Shown one piece after another: positions 24,120 to 36,209 of a stretch of 64,000 bases of DNA (the stretch's first letter is position 1; every line of letters starts with the position of its first letter). The DNA is from Sarea resinae (lineage: Eukaryota). The DNA lies in contig JAPEUD010000046.1 in the NCBI GenBank assembly GCA_026026165.1, positions 124,001-188,000 on the forward strand, in the 5' to 3' direction. The notes beneath the pieces were generated by a model that was not told the origin of the DNA, did not search any database, and saw only the letters and a program-made list of their open reading frames with translations. The position numbers were made by a program, and so were the translations under genes.

Positions 24120-24941
24120 TTAAGGACTGGCCGTCGCTCGTTGAAGCTGTTCGCTGTCGATCACGAATCCGTAGCTATTGGCGACGTTGTGCTCACAGAC
24201 ATCTTTCGCGCCTTGGCCAGTGGTGGTCGCGGCGCAATCCCCAACCAGGAGACAATCCCAGCCCCAACTATAAGCATCAGTCAATGTTCCGAGCACGCAT
24301 TGATCCGTGTTCACCCCGGCGAACAGGATGGTCTGCTTCCCACTCTCTAACAAGTACTTGAGAAGTGGCTGGGCGGGACTCCAGAGACCGCTCATACGAT
24401 TCTTTGAGCAATGGACGTCGTCATCGGCCACGACGGACTTCAAGGGCGGATAGATATCTGCGTTCCAGCTACCGGCAAAAAGACAACGCCCTTTGCCGTT
24501 ACCTAGATCTGCTCCCAGGCCTCGATAACCGGTGTTGGTGCCCGCGATCAAATCACGGCCGAATCCTCTCTGGAGGCTGGGTGGCATGGTCAATGCATCG
24601 TCGTCGGTCAAGCCCCAGTTAAGCCACACGACTTGGATGCCTTCCGTTCGAGATTTCTCGATGACTCTGGTTAGCGGGGCAACGGCGGCCAAGCCAAGAG
24701 GATTCTCTCGACAGTCGGGGTGGAGAAAGAAGTTCTGCATGTCGACGATCACCAAGGCCGTCTTCTGTGGGTCGATGGTGACCGCCTTATGAAGTGACAA
24801 GCCATCATCTGTCGGGATGGTCAATTGTTTGGCAGAACTCCTGGAAAGATCAAAGATTTTCGTCGTAGGATCGAATGTCCATTTGTCCGTGGAGCCGAAG
24901 TCGATGGGCTCGGCGGAAGTCTCAATGAGAGAGTCGGCCAT
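24120..24941 (-). CDS. Isochorismatase-like cysteine hydrolase
   Basis: Triad motifs TALVIVDMQNFF (D), SKNRMSG (K) and AGVNTDQCV (C); single exon, 273 aa. Confidence 0.92.
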   Translation of the reverse strand: MADSLIETSAEPIDFGSTDKWTFDPTTKIFDLSRSSAKQLTIPTDDGLSLHKAVTIDPQKTALVIVDMQNFFLHPDCRENPLGLAAVAPLTRVIEKSRTEGIQVVWLNWGLTDDDALTMPPSLQRGFGRDLIAGTNTGYRGLGADLGNGKGRCLFAGSWNADIYPPLKSVVADDDVHCSKNRMSGLWSPAQPLLKYLLESGKQTILFAGVNTDQCVLGTLTDAYSWGWDCLLVGDCAATTTGQGAKDVCEHNVANSYGFVIDSEQLQRATASP

Positions 24942-26595
24942 GCAGAGGGATCAAAATTACGAAGCAGTTGCAAATGCAATCGACGAAACGATCAAGACAA
25001 GTTGAAGCAGAATCAGCTGAGGTCAATTAAAGAGATGTTCGCTCTCCACAATGAGAGGCCTCTAATTCACGAGGTATGCACGTCTATGCTCTCACACGAG
25101 ATGGATGTGGATGCCTTGTGCGGCAGCGAATGTGCTGATGCTGCTTTCACGATCGATCGACGATAAGACATGCTGATTCGACGATGATCAATACCGTGCC
25201 ATGGGTGGAGATAAGATAGATGAGGATGGGATCAACAATATGATCGGAAGAGAGGAGGAGGGATCTCCGGTACCCTCAAGCGAGTGGCCAATCCATTTAG
25301 TCGGCGAGGGGTTGCTGATGGTTGATCCCCACCATGTCTGGAGTACTCCGGAGTCTGAAGTAGAGTCAGATCGAAATCAAGGGATACGAGTATGTGCGAC
25401 TACGGGGTACTCTACATCTCCGCAGCCGTGATGATGGCTATCGAGTGGCGAATGTCAAGAGCCCAACGGTCTTCGGCTTCTCCAGGATGGGATTGCTTTG
25501 TGATAGAAGATGAATAGGAGTCCCTTCGAGTCATGGAGGTTGCCGCGAAGAGACGAGACGAAAAAAGAAGATAGCAAGCCGTGATTCTAGAAGCGTCATC
25601 TCTGGATTGGTGGTGAACAAGCCGGAAGGACTGGGAGGGCAGAGCAGAGCAAGACAGGGCAGGGCAGGGCAGGGCGGAGAGCACCAAACTAATGCAAGAC
25701 GTGCTCGCGCAACCCTTAGACACCGCGACGGCTTCCCAATTCGGTCCTGGGCCGGCTGCAGTCATCTGCGTCTATTGTTGTCCGTGTCGACACTGTCGCG
25801 TGTCCAATGCCCATGGGGAATCAGGGAGGGCTGGTTATCCGGTCAAGCCCATTGGGTGGTCCGAACCCGAACATGCTCGACATGGCTCACAGGCTCAACT
25901 CGCTCAACATGGTCGGGTATTGGCTCGCGTCGACTTGTGGTCGATTGTGGTCGATCGACGCATTGCCGAGATCGAGGGCTGGGTCGTGATATGCGTCCAT
26001 CTGACCGATGCCATGGGAGAACCTTTGGAACGAGACTTGAGCATGCAGGATGCAGACAACCAGCGGACACCCTAGGGCATCCACTCCGTACGGCCCGCAG
26101 CGGCAAGCTGGTGCTGTCCTGTCCTGTCCATCCATCTCATGGACTGATACCTGCATGATTAGATTGCCCCATGGTTCCAGATACTCTGCGACCATGATGA
26201 AAAATCCTTCTTCTCACGTAAGGTAATGTGGAAGAAGGTGGACCAACCCGGGTCGAGCCAGCGGTATTCTCTACTCGCTGTACAATACTCTATCGTCTTC
26301 ATGATCCCTCCCCGGACGGGACAGGGAAAAGCCCTGGAGGTCGGATGGACCGTCTGCTTTAAGAGCCATGCGCGACTCGAGAGATGGATGGCGCATCCAG
26401 GAACCATATCCGTGCTCTATCTCCGTACCGGCCGCCCATGATCCATAGTGCCACATGGGTCCGGCCAGCAGTGAAGCTGGTTCGCGAGTTTCACGCCGGT
26501 ATCAGAGAGAACGATATGCGACCACGACGACCATGACGACCACGACGACCACGGCGGAGACTACTGCTGCAGCTCTCGCTACTATCCCTAGTACG

Positions 26596-26658
26596 GTATC
26601 TCTAGTATCTCTAGTATCTCTAGCATCTCTAGCATCTCTAGCATCTCTAGTATCTCTA
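26596..26658. repeat. 9-bp tandem repeat G(T/C)ATCTCTA x7
   Basis: Directly visible: 3x GTATCTCTA, 3x GCATCTCTA, 1x GTATCTCTA. Confidence 0.9.
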
Positions 26659-28887
26659 GTCTCTGGTGTTTCTGCCGCCCATTCCGCGGCGTTCCAAGAC
26701 GGTCTAGAAAGTCGGACAGGACGAGCACCTACTATGTACACGGGTACCAGCAGATACATACGACAGTACGAACTTTGTAGAGTCAAAGGGGAGATGCCAC
26801 GACTCCCGTTTCGATGCTCGTGAAGGCTGTGAATGCGTAGTGGGTGTTCTGAGCTTGCTTCGTGGCCTCTTCGTTCCTTCCAGAGTCAAGTCGAGACGGA
26901 TGGGGATGGGGTGGCCCGATTGCGTGCATTCTGTGTCCTGTGTACTGTGTACGAGTATTCTGTGCATCCATCCATGATGGATCCAATGTACGAAGTACTC
27001 TACCGTATCGATGAGACGAAGTGGCAAGTACCAAAACGTGCATGATTGCAAGCCACCTCCATACGGCGGTACGCTGTACTCGGAGTACTTCATACTATGA
27101 GTATCATAGTACTCCCTCCATACCAGGACAATCCAATCCCTCGACTGACCCATGGCGGCATCGTTCCTGTTGACTCTGCGATGATCGTCGTCTCGGGCTC
27201 GCCTCCAAGGCTCCCAATGTGTGTACCCGTCCACCCCAACGCCTTAGTGGCCCGACCTGCCTGAAGACGCAGAACAGTATTTACATATCAACACTTCCCT
27301 ATCCCTCTACCCAACCTGGCTTTGGCTCTGGCTCTGGCTCTGGCTCTTCCTGATTATTGTTCAACCTACCTGACCTATATCCTTTCCCGCCTCGGACCAC
27401 AGGCCAGCTGGTTTCCTCACAGAGCACCGAGTTGACGGAGCATCTGACAGCGCCGTCGTAGTCCGATCTCAGACCTGTCCTTTCCTGACGTCCGGCCGAC
27501 AGAAGGCACCAGACGGCCCCGCGGCATCTTCAGCGCACCGCCTTTTGCTCCAGCGGCTCCTGACTATTCATCGGTGCCGAAAGAGTGTCAAAGTGCGCCA
27601 GTGTCTAGATCCGACTACGCGGACAGGTCTCGCCATTTCAACGGTTTAGCGACCAGAAGAATCGCGATAAAGGACGGGCACTTGACTCATACCGTGATCA
27701 GAGACGAGACAAGAGTCAAGCGACAAAGGGCAAAAGACGATAGGCAGCAGGTACTTTGGCCCTTCTTTTGACTACCGCGTCGTACCTTACTTAGTGGGAA
27801 AGAAGTCCAGAGGTACACCGGTCCGCAACCTGCCTGGCCGACCGTGCGTTGCTCGACACAAGTACCTACCTCGTCCCTCGTCCACACGTTTTCGCTCACC
27901 TTTCGCTCACCGTTCGCTCACCGCAACAACAACCTTCCAAGTGCGGCGACCGGTACGACGCACCGCAGACGACACTACAATCGTCTACATCCTGACACGC
28001 CCAACCACAGCGACAACTTCGTGTACTCGATTCGAATCCCAGCGTCCTCGATACTCCTCTCCCTCGACCCCCCACACCCATATCCATCCCACTGACGCAA
28101 GGGCGCTGCTGAATCCTTGAATCCTTGAAGTCCTTGCTCACCCCTCCCCCATCCTGTTCCGCAGAAACCAGCTATCGTGAAGTTCAATTGAAGTCGAGGT
28201 GAATCCTAGAAAGAGGCAAAAGAACACGGCTTTGTACGCTTGGTACGTGGCTCGACCGGACAATCACGCCGCACCAAGGGCTTTTTGAGTCGTCGCTCCT
28301 CGCTATCCCTGCCGGCTAGTTTAGTGTGCGGAAAATAGAAAGTCACTCGACCACTCAACGTCGCCTCTATACCATCCCCGTCTTACCGGTACCCACCCCC
28401 GACGTCACCCTATCTCACTTCCTCTTCGCACCGATCGATCCGCTTCGCTCGAGCCAGGCAATAATTTCAAGACTTCAACCTGCTTCACGTCGATTTACAT
28501 CTCTCGATCATCTGTCGAAGAAAGCGTATACCATCCTTTGTTTGAGCTCCATTAGCGATCGTGCTCTTCTGTTTCCTGAGGAACCACCTCACCTACTTCG
28601 CATTCTTCGGAAACATAAACCTAAATCGCCGTCTTCGATCATCTTCCGCCTCAAGCAACTTGGGCGCACGGCTTCATCTCCGAGAATTACGATTCCGTTC
28701 ACGCCGATACCTTGGACCCGCCACGACAACAAGGATTTTTAAGATAGACCCCCAATACTGCCATTGAAGATCCTAGACTTACCTGGGAGACTATCGCTCG
28801 AGTGGACCCGTCCAGCCCTCGGCAATTCGAAACCAACGCAAAGGCTTATCATTTAACTCTGGACGTCTGGTTTCGAGACGGGTGTTG

Positions 28888-28965
28888 ATGGTTTTGTTAC
28901 GAGGGAAGAATTTAAAGATCATCTGCTGCAAGGCAATATCGAGGAGGGCGTTATATCCGAGGTGA
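28888..28965 (+). promoter_or_regulatory. Candidate uORF (25 codons, MVLLRGKNLKIICCKAISRRALYPR*)
   Basis: First + strand ATG after a 1.67 kb ATG-free stretch; weak -3 context (T); stop 35 nt before the main ATG at 29001. Confidence 0.45.
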
Positions 28966-29000
28966 AGCGGGCCCCAGAGACTGCTGCGGGGCTGATAGCC

Positions 29001-30968
29001 ATGTCGACCCCGTCGCTGCCGCCACGGCGGCTGCCAGAGCCTGTCGAGACGACGACGAAAACCTCGCGCCGTTTCGTGCCGGAGCCGACCGAGACCACCA
29101 CCCAGAGTAGCCGCCGAAAGAACGGCGGAGGCCAGCCTGCCAACGTGAAATGGCAATCGGAGCACGTCGAGACGGCCACCAAACCCTCACGACGCTTCGT
29201 ACCCGAGCCTACCGAGACGACCACGAAAAGCAGCCGCTCAAAGGCTGCGCGAGGCCAAGCTGGCGATGCTAGCCCGAAAACCACTCCACAACCTATAGAA
29301 ACATCCACCAAGAGTAATAGAAAGGGTAGCCCACCCGAGGGCAGAGAAAGGTCACCGGAGAAAGCTCCTCGAAAATTTGTGCCAGAACCCATTGAGATAT
29401 CGACCAAGACTAGTCGAAGAAGATTCACGCCGCAGCTGATAGAGACGACCAAAAGGACACGCAAGTCGGGGGATGTTGCGCCAGCGCTCTTACCTACGGA
29501 TAAAACTGAGGTGTCCCCAGGCGACGATCTCAAACTGCCACGACACGCCAGGTTGCAACAGGAGGGGTTGGCTGGTGTTCCGGAAGATGCTACCTCGACT
29601 GCTGTGGGTACGGGGTTGCATCCACCTCGAAGATCCTCCTCTCTTCATCCTCACGTCAACACACGTCGCCATTCTTTTGCCGTACCAGCGTTAGAAGCCA
29701 TTGAGTCCAATTCGGAGGACGATGATTCAAACTGTCCGTCTCTATCTACATCAGCCTCGGCGTCCTCTTCTGACAATATATCCGAGCTCTATAAGCATGC
29801 CACTCGTGTACGGGAGAGCTGTGATGACCGTTTCTCGGGCTATTTGCTCGCTCTGGCCGCCAAAGCTGCCGAAAAGCAACTCAGAGAATCGGCTCTGGCT
29901 GTCTATCCAAACGAAGAATTTCACGAGACGGTCGACCACTACATCGATACAACCTCCGATCTCTCTTCTGAGGGGGCATTGACCTCTCGATCTTCATCGA
30001 GAGACGAGGATGGCGACGTCAACATGGATCGAAGAGAGTCGGCCGCCGGTATCGGTTGGGAACTGTTAGAGATGCGGAAACATCAAGAACGGATGGCGGA
30101 GAAGAAGGCAAAACGAGAGGCCTCATTGACGCTATCCCAATCTCACTCGAACACAGCTCAAGTTGCCAGGGGAGCGAATGATGCTTCTGCCGCGCCAAAG
30201 GACAAACTGGGTGGTTGGAAAAAGGGTGCCGCTCTCAAATCGATGAAAGAAGCCGCGAGCCCACCACTCTTGGGCGCCGACATCAAGTTTCCGAGGTGTC
30301 TTTCTCCCAAATCAACCAGACTGGACGTCGACCAGTATCCGAGAAGCCATCAAGGCTCCCCGACCAGCTCTCAGGAAGCCGTCGAGACCGGGGGTTTGTG
30401 GGCAGTGGGGGGAGAGTCCCCGAAGAGCAAAAAAGCTGGAGGCTTGTGGATGGGCTGTTGTAAGGCTGCAGACGAGCCGGCACCACAGTCTCCCCGTGGA
30501 ATCATGACGCCCGCGATAGAGAAAGAGGATCCGTTCAATTCCGTCTCGGTGGCTGGCTTGTTCAAGCCTCCCGGGAAGGCAGCCCGTCCCGACAACATAC
30601 CTGGCATCGACAATGTCATGTCCAAGGAAGAGGAAATGGAGCGCGAGTTCAACGACAGCTTCGTCACTCAGGTGTACAACTATCTGTCGCTGGGCTACCC
30701 ATCCGTCGCTCGCAAGTTTGACGAAGAGCTCAGCAAGATCTCTCGAGTGCCTGTCGAGGAGCTCAGCAAGGATGACCAGCGTGCCAATGCCAAAGGATAC
30801 GTGGACATCGGCTTAGAGGACGGATCACCGGCGCACAATGAGTGTGCCCGATGGAGAGCTCTCCGGGCCTATATATGGGAATGGGGGCGGCAACGGCCAG
30901 GCATGGCCAAAGAAAGTGGCAACGGCCGATGGGGTGTTCTCGCGCGAAAAGGAAGCTGGGCGGTCTAG
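29001..30968 (+). CDS. Conserved fungal hypothetical protein with about 7 N-terminal 'RRF.PEP.ET' repeats
   Basis: Single long exon; repeats such as RRFVPEPTETTT; globular-looking C-terminus FVTQVYNYLSLGYP..ARKFDEELSKISR..WRALRAYIWEW..WGVLARKGSWAV; frame is open upstream to 28857. Confidence 0.85.
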   Translation: MSTPSLPPRRLPEPVETTTKTSRRFVPEPTETTTQSSRRKNGGGQPANVKWQSEHVETATKPSRRFVPEPTETTTKSSRSKAARGQAGDASPKTTPQPIETSTKSNRKGSPPEGRERSPEKAPRKFVPEPIEISTKTSRRRFTPQLIETTKRTRKSGDVAPALLPTDKTEVSPGDDLKLPRHARLQQEGLAGVPEDATSTAVGTGLHPPRRSSSLHPHVNTRRHSFAVPALEAIESNSEDDDSNCPSLSTSASASSSDNISELYKHATRVRESCDDRFSGYLLALAAKAAEKQLRESALAVYPNEEFHETVDHYIDTTSDLSSEGALTSRSSSRDEDGDVNMDRRESAAGIGWELLEMRKHQERMAEKKAKREASLTLSQSHSNTAQVARGANDASAAPKDKLGGWKKGAALKSMKEAASPPLLGADIKFPRCLSPKSTRLDVDQYPRSHQGSPTSSQEAVETGGLWAVGGESPKSKKAGGLWMGCCKAADEPAPQSPRGIMTPAIEKEDPFNSVSVAGLFKPPGKAARPDNIPGIDNVMSKEEEMEREFNDSFVTQVYNYLSLGYPSVARKFDEELSKISRVPVEELSKDDQRANAKGYVDIGLEDGSPAHNECARWRALRAYIWEWGRQRPGMAKESGNGRWGVLARKGSWAV

Positions 30969-32514
30969 CCTTGCAGCGCGCGATGAGTTGTATTTGAAAT
31001 GGAGGGGCGTTGTCTGGGTGAGAACACATTTGAGATTTTACGGCAGCAACAGCAGCAGCAACAGCAGCAACGTCACAGCGTGCTTGATACAAAGAAGTCT
31101 TTCCATTGCGATTAGAAGGTTGAGCGTTTGGTGCTTTTTTCAAGACATGGCGTCGCAGGGTTGGGTCTGGGTTTCTGATAGATGGCCGTTCCGGCTTTAC
31201 ATGCATGACGATCCATCTACGAGGAATGGGTGGGTCGCGACGGAAGGGTCGTGGCATGTACTCTGGTTCTCTCGGAACCTCCAAAAAGAGAAAAAGACTC
31301 GGGACGACGGCGGCAAGGCGTGCGCGTGCGGATCATGATCATCTTCCCCTCTTTCTGCTCCCTGCTATCCTTATCCTCCTTTCCTCTCATTGTGTCTTTT
31401 TCGGTCTGGCTGGATATATCATGCCATGCGACCAGCTCGGGAAGCGAAACATTTGTCTTGCTTGGTCAATGGAGCGGTCCTGTGGTTCATCCGCGACGAC
31501 GTAGAAGATGAAATTGAAGATTTCCATTCGCATGAAGCCGTGTCTGAATATGATGCTGGATGCACCCCTTGTGATGGCCTCTGATAAATGGAAATGGTAA
31601 ATGGTAAATGCTCGCCTACCTTTACGTTCGTGCTTCGCCCGGCAAAGGCGCGCTCGTGTCCAGCCAGTGACATTCTAGTACCACCAACTCGCGCTAGAGA
31701 TGGCTCTAGTACATGTAGTCGACGGTCAGCATCGAATTCTATTCTCATCGACGAATAATGGACGCGAGGACAACCAACGTACGTAGTATACTTCATACTA
31801 CGACGTAGTCCGTCCCTCGGTGCGGTTAGCATTGAGCAATTTCACGACCCTGCTCGGTGAATTACAGACAGATTCGGGCCTATCGCCGGCCCTCTTCTCC
31901 CTCTCCTTCTTCTTCTCCCCGCCTGTTGGCTTTGCTATCATGTATACTGCACTGTACTCTGCGGCTGCTGCCTGCTCGCTCTGCTTTTCTGCTGCTCTGC
32001 TGCTCTGCTGTTCTCTCCTTTTGCTGCTCTGCTATTGGCCTCTCCACATCTGTTCCCTTCCTTCGCCACATCGCCAAGCCCCGGCCGAGGTGCCAGTTAG
32101 TCAGGGCGCAAGCGCCATGGAGCAGATCCCCTGCTACTGCCCTGCTAGAGTGCTCACATAGTACTGCCCTGCTACTCTACCATGGGCCCTTTGATCCCTT
32201 GAACGGTTTAGGTCCTCCAATCCGCCCTGGGATGATTTCATCTCATGGCGCGCGCGTGGGACATGGCCCACGATCTTGCTCGAGTAGGGCCGTTGCACTG
32301 CACGGCTCCGCCTGTTGACATGGTTCTAATTTAATGTCCATATCACCCCCCCAGGCTCAGCCTTGTTTGTGCCACCCACAGAGTCGGAGTCATATAGTAT
32401 ATCGGTCGTTTTCTTTCGTTGACGGTGCGGTTGAAAAAGATCCAAGTCGCCGCTGCCATCTCGTTTTCATCTTCGCAGGCATCGCAGACGGCGTGCCATT
32501 GTCTGTCCGTCAAC

Positions 32515-35138
32515 ATGCACGCGTCCAGCGCTCTCTTTCTGCTTGCCTCGCTCGTGACGCCCTCTTTCGCTCGATCTCTGCGGAGAGCAAGCGAACCATG
32601 CGCGAGCATCAGCAGCCTCAGCAAGGGGGGCTCCGGTCAGTCGGTTCCTTGATCGCATTCCCGGTCCATGCTGACATCGTGGTAGACTCGGTGCCGGCGG
32701 CCCTTGCCTATGATTGTTTAAATTCAGTCCCGATCAACGTCAATCGGGCCACGCAACTCGTCGAAGGGCTCTACCCGTACGTGCAATGGCAGTCGACCTT
32801 GTCTTATCTGGCCAACCCCCCAGAGGGCTATCTGGAGCCGGCCATCGATATCCTTGGGGGCCTCGATGCCATCGGACGCAATGTCACTTCGAACGTATAC
32901 AAGAGTGAATATGCTTTCCAGATGGATCTTTACAACCTGTTCGTCGGCGCCCACGACGGACATTTCACATTCGTTGGCGATGCGGTGGGCTCGGCCTTTT
33001 CTTTCATGAGAGGGTTGGAAATCGTTTCGGTCTCGTCGGACGGCCAGCAGTTGCCCCAGGTCTATGTGTGGGGTAAGAAACGAACCGCCAGAGCTTGCTA
33101 TACGTAATGGTGGAATGAGACTGACAATTGCTCCTCAGATGATTTTGCCAACACGTTGCTCCCACCGAAACAATCCTACACTCCCTCCGCTATCAAACTC
33201 ATCAACGGCCAAGACCCCGCTGCCTACCTTGAGAGTCTGGCGCAGTCGAACAGCTTCCAAGATCCAGATGCATTGTACAATGCTTTGTTTTTGGACCTTG
33301 CTCAGCTGTCACTGGGGAATGCAGGCGCTGGTGCCGGGACTTTCGCGGGCGGAGAGCTCAGTCCAGGAGGTTTCATCTACCCCGGACCAGAGACCAACCT
33401 CACGTTTGCCAACGGTACGACCAAGTCGTATCTCAACTATGCCTCGGTGATTGGGGATTTCTCTGATGTCAGGAGCGGCGATGATTTCTACTCCAAGTTC
33501 TGTTCGGGACCGGCGGCGGAGACCAGCTACGGAGCTTCTTCTACTGATGCTTATGCGACGCCGACCGCCACTTCTGGTTATTACGATGCTAGCGACTATT
33601 CCTGGGCCACCTACCCGACAGGCTATGCCACGGATTCTTTCTACGGCAGCGAACCTACTGTCACGGGCACCGCCGACGCCAGCGACTACAGCGATCTGTA
33701 CTCGTACTTCCCGACCACTGGCTTCTACACTGGCGCTGCGACGAGCACGGCGGCTTACACTCTTCTCACGTCGGGCGCCGCGGCCACGGCGACGCCGACG
33801 CCGGCTCTCGGATTCCCCGAGCCCGAGATTCTGCACACGGAAAATTATATTGGGGGCTATTTTCTCAACGACACGGCTCACCAAGATGTCGCCGTGCTCA
33901 GCGTTCCTTCTTTCGTCGGCGAACCGAGCGTCAGCGATCTGGAGGAGTTCCAAGCCGTCGCGAGACAGTTTCTGGCGGCGGCCGTCAAGGCTGGAAAGAA
34001 GAAGCTGATTGTCGATCTCAGCTCCAACGGCGGCGGCACCGTCTATCTCGCCTACGATCTCTTCAAGCAGCTGTTCCCGACCATGGAGCCGATGGGCAAC
34101 ACGCGCTTCCGAGCGCACGACAGCTTGAACGTGCTCGGCCAGCAGTTCTCGGAGCTCGCGTCCAACTACTCGTTCCAGAACCCGCCGAGCATCTACAACG
34201 AAACCTATGGCGAAGCCTCGTTTGAGATGAACGTGGTCGCCTCGCCCTTTAACTATCGGGCCGACGAGACGACCGACGACGGCGACTTTGCTTCCTGGGC
34301 CGACCTCTACGGGCCGCACAAGTTCAACGGCGACGACTTCACCTCGCTCGTGCGCTACAACCTCAGCGACCCGCTGCAGACGTACTACGAGTCCGGCATC
34401 AACATCACGGGCTACCTGGGCGCCCGCAACCAAGCGGGCGCGCAGCCGTTTGCGGCCGAGGACATCGTCATGCTGTACAACGGCTACTGCGCCTCGACGT
34501 GCGCCATCTTCTCCGAGTTCATGAAGACCGAAGGCAAAGTGCACTCGATCGCCGTGGGCGGGCGGCCGCAGACGGGGCCGATGCAGGGCGTCGGCGGCGT
34601 CAAGGGCGCCAACGACTACTCGTTCGCGCTGATCTGGGAGTACATTGCGACGGCGCTGTCGACGGCGACGTCCACGCAGCTGGCGACGTGGAACAAGGGC
34701 GAGATTGGCAATTTCACCACCCACACCGACTACGCCATGAACCGGTCGTACGACTACAGCGCGCCGGGCGTCAACGTGCGCGACAACATCCGCGTCAACG
34801 ACTCGGCCCAGACGCCGCTGCAGTTCGTCTACGAGGCCGCCGACTGCCGGCTCTTCTACACGCCCGCCATGACGGTCGACGTCACGGCGCTGTGGCGCGC
34901 CGCGGCGGATGCCATGTGGAACGCCGGCCAGGGCTGCGTCAACGGGTCCACGGGCAGCAATTCCAGTCTGTCTGGCAACGCGGCGCTGAACGGCACGTCG
35001 GCGTCCTCAAAGTCGGGGTCGAAAGGCAGTGGTGGCAAGCATAAGAGTGCGGCTGCTGTGGCGGTCGAGGCCAAGAGCGGGCTGGGCGCTAGTTTCGTCG
35101 CCGTCGTTTTCGCCGTCGCGTTTGCCTGCTGGCTGTAG
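32515..35138 (+). CDS. Secreted/GPI-anchored peptidase family S41 (CPAF/UstP-like) protein
   Basis: Signal peptide MHASSALFLLASLV; introns at about 32637-32685 and 33073-33138; motifs LAYDCLNSVP, AHDGHF, LIVDLSSNGGG, NGYCASTCAIFSE, GGRP, PLQFVYEAADCRLFYT; C-terminal hydrophobic GPI-like signal. Confidence 0.88.
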
Positions 35139-35139
35139 T

Positions 35140-35338
35140 CTGTTTTGTCGTGTTGTGCTGTGTCGTGTCGTGTTGCGTTGTGCTTCTTAGTACCCTATTA
35201 GCGTGTTCTTTTTCGTCGGGCATTTCTCCGGTTTCTGCTTTTTGTGTGTGTGCGTGTGTGGGTTTAGTACAAAGGAGAGAGAGAGAGAGGGACATGGACA
35301 GGGTAAGAAGATCTAGAAAGTTGTAAATAGCTAGGGGG

Positions 35339-35370
<32 letters not shown>

Positions 35371-36000
35371 CTATGCACGTATATACCTCTGAACAATGTG
35401 TCAAGGAGAGTGGCAGAGAGAGAAGAGAAGGGGAGAGGAAACGGAAGAGTATATAAAGAAGCTTTAATCGAGTAATTAAACTAGAAGAAAACATGCAATG
35501 AATTACAGAATAGAGCAGAGCAGAGTAGAATAGAACAGAACAGAACAGAACAGAACAGGTAGATGCAAAAGGAACGACATATGTATCATCCTTGCTCGCT
35601 GGTAGCCTGATTAGTGTCTTCTTTTTTGTGAGGGATCTCTCAAATCTAGTTTCTTCTTTGTGTGTGTAGGTATCTATGTGTCCTTACTAGAAGAGAGTGT
35701 CTTTAGTAGTAGAAGAGAGACAGAAAGATATAAGAAAGAAGAGAGAGAAAAGGAAGGTGAAGAGTATATAGAAGTCGCCAATAGTAAGAGAGCATAAGTA
35801 TATAAAAACATATAGTAGTAGTAGTAGTAGTAGTAGTAAAGAAGAAAGAAGAAGAACATACAAGACGCTAATAAATAACCCCGTATAATACCCAGTATAA
35901 TGCCCAGTATAATACCCCGTCTTACCCTCCAACCCTCTAACCCGGTGACCTTTGACTCGTGGACTCCCTGAACGAAGGAACTCCTGGACTAGAATCAACG
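35140..36000. repeat. Microsatellite/low-complexity intergenic region ((TA)n, (AGAAC)n, (TAG)n, (GA)n, 12-bp CCAGTATAATAC-like repeat)
   Basis: Directly visible, e.g. (TA)n at about 35340-35363, (AGAAC)n at about 35532-35557, (TAG)n at about 35813-35837. Confidence 0.85.
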
Positions 36001-36209
36001 AGACAAGATAAAAACGAGACGAAACACTCCGGAGTCGTCCTAAGCACTAAATCAACAACACCTGCTCTCTTCCCGCTTGCTAGACCCCCCTTACCCTACC
36101 CGCTCTCTCTCTCTCTTGTTTCCTGTACTCCTATACTCCTACACACCGATACGCCTCTACCGCCTTATCCACAACTCTCCACCCCCTTCTCCCCCTTCTC
36201 CCTCGCCCC

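Noticed and set aside
26596..26658. CRISPR-like or telomeric array
   Set aside because: No spacers and no TTAGGG units; a simple 9-bp minisatellite in a eukaryotic genome
33309..34724. 471-aa minus-strand ORF
   Set aside because: Antisense shadow of the high-GC3 S41 gene; no independent domain features. The same applies to 60173-61165, 44899-45795, 14247-14993 and 55018-55773
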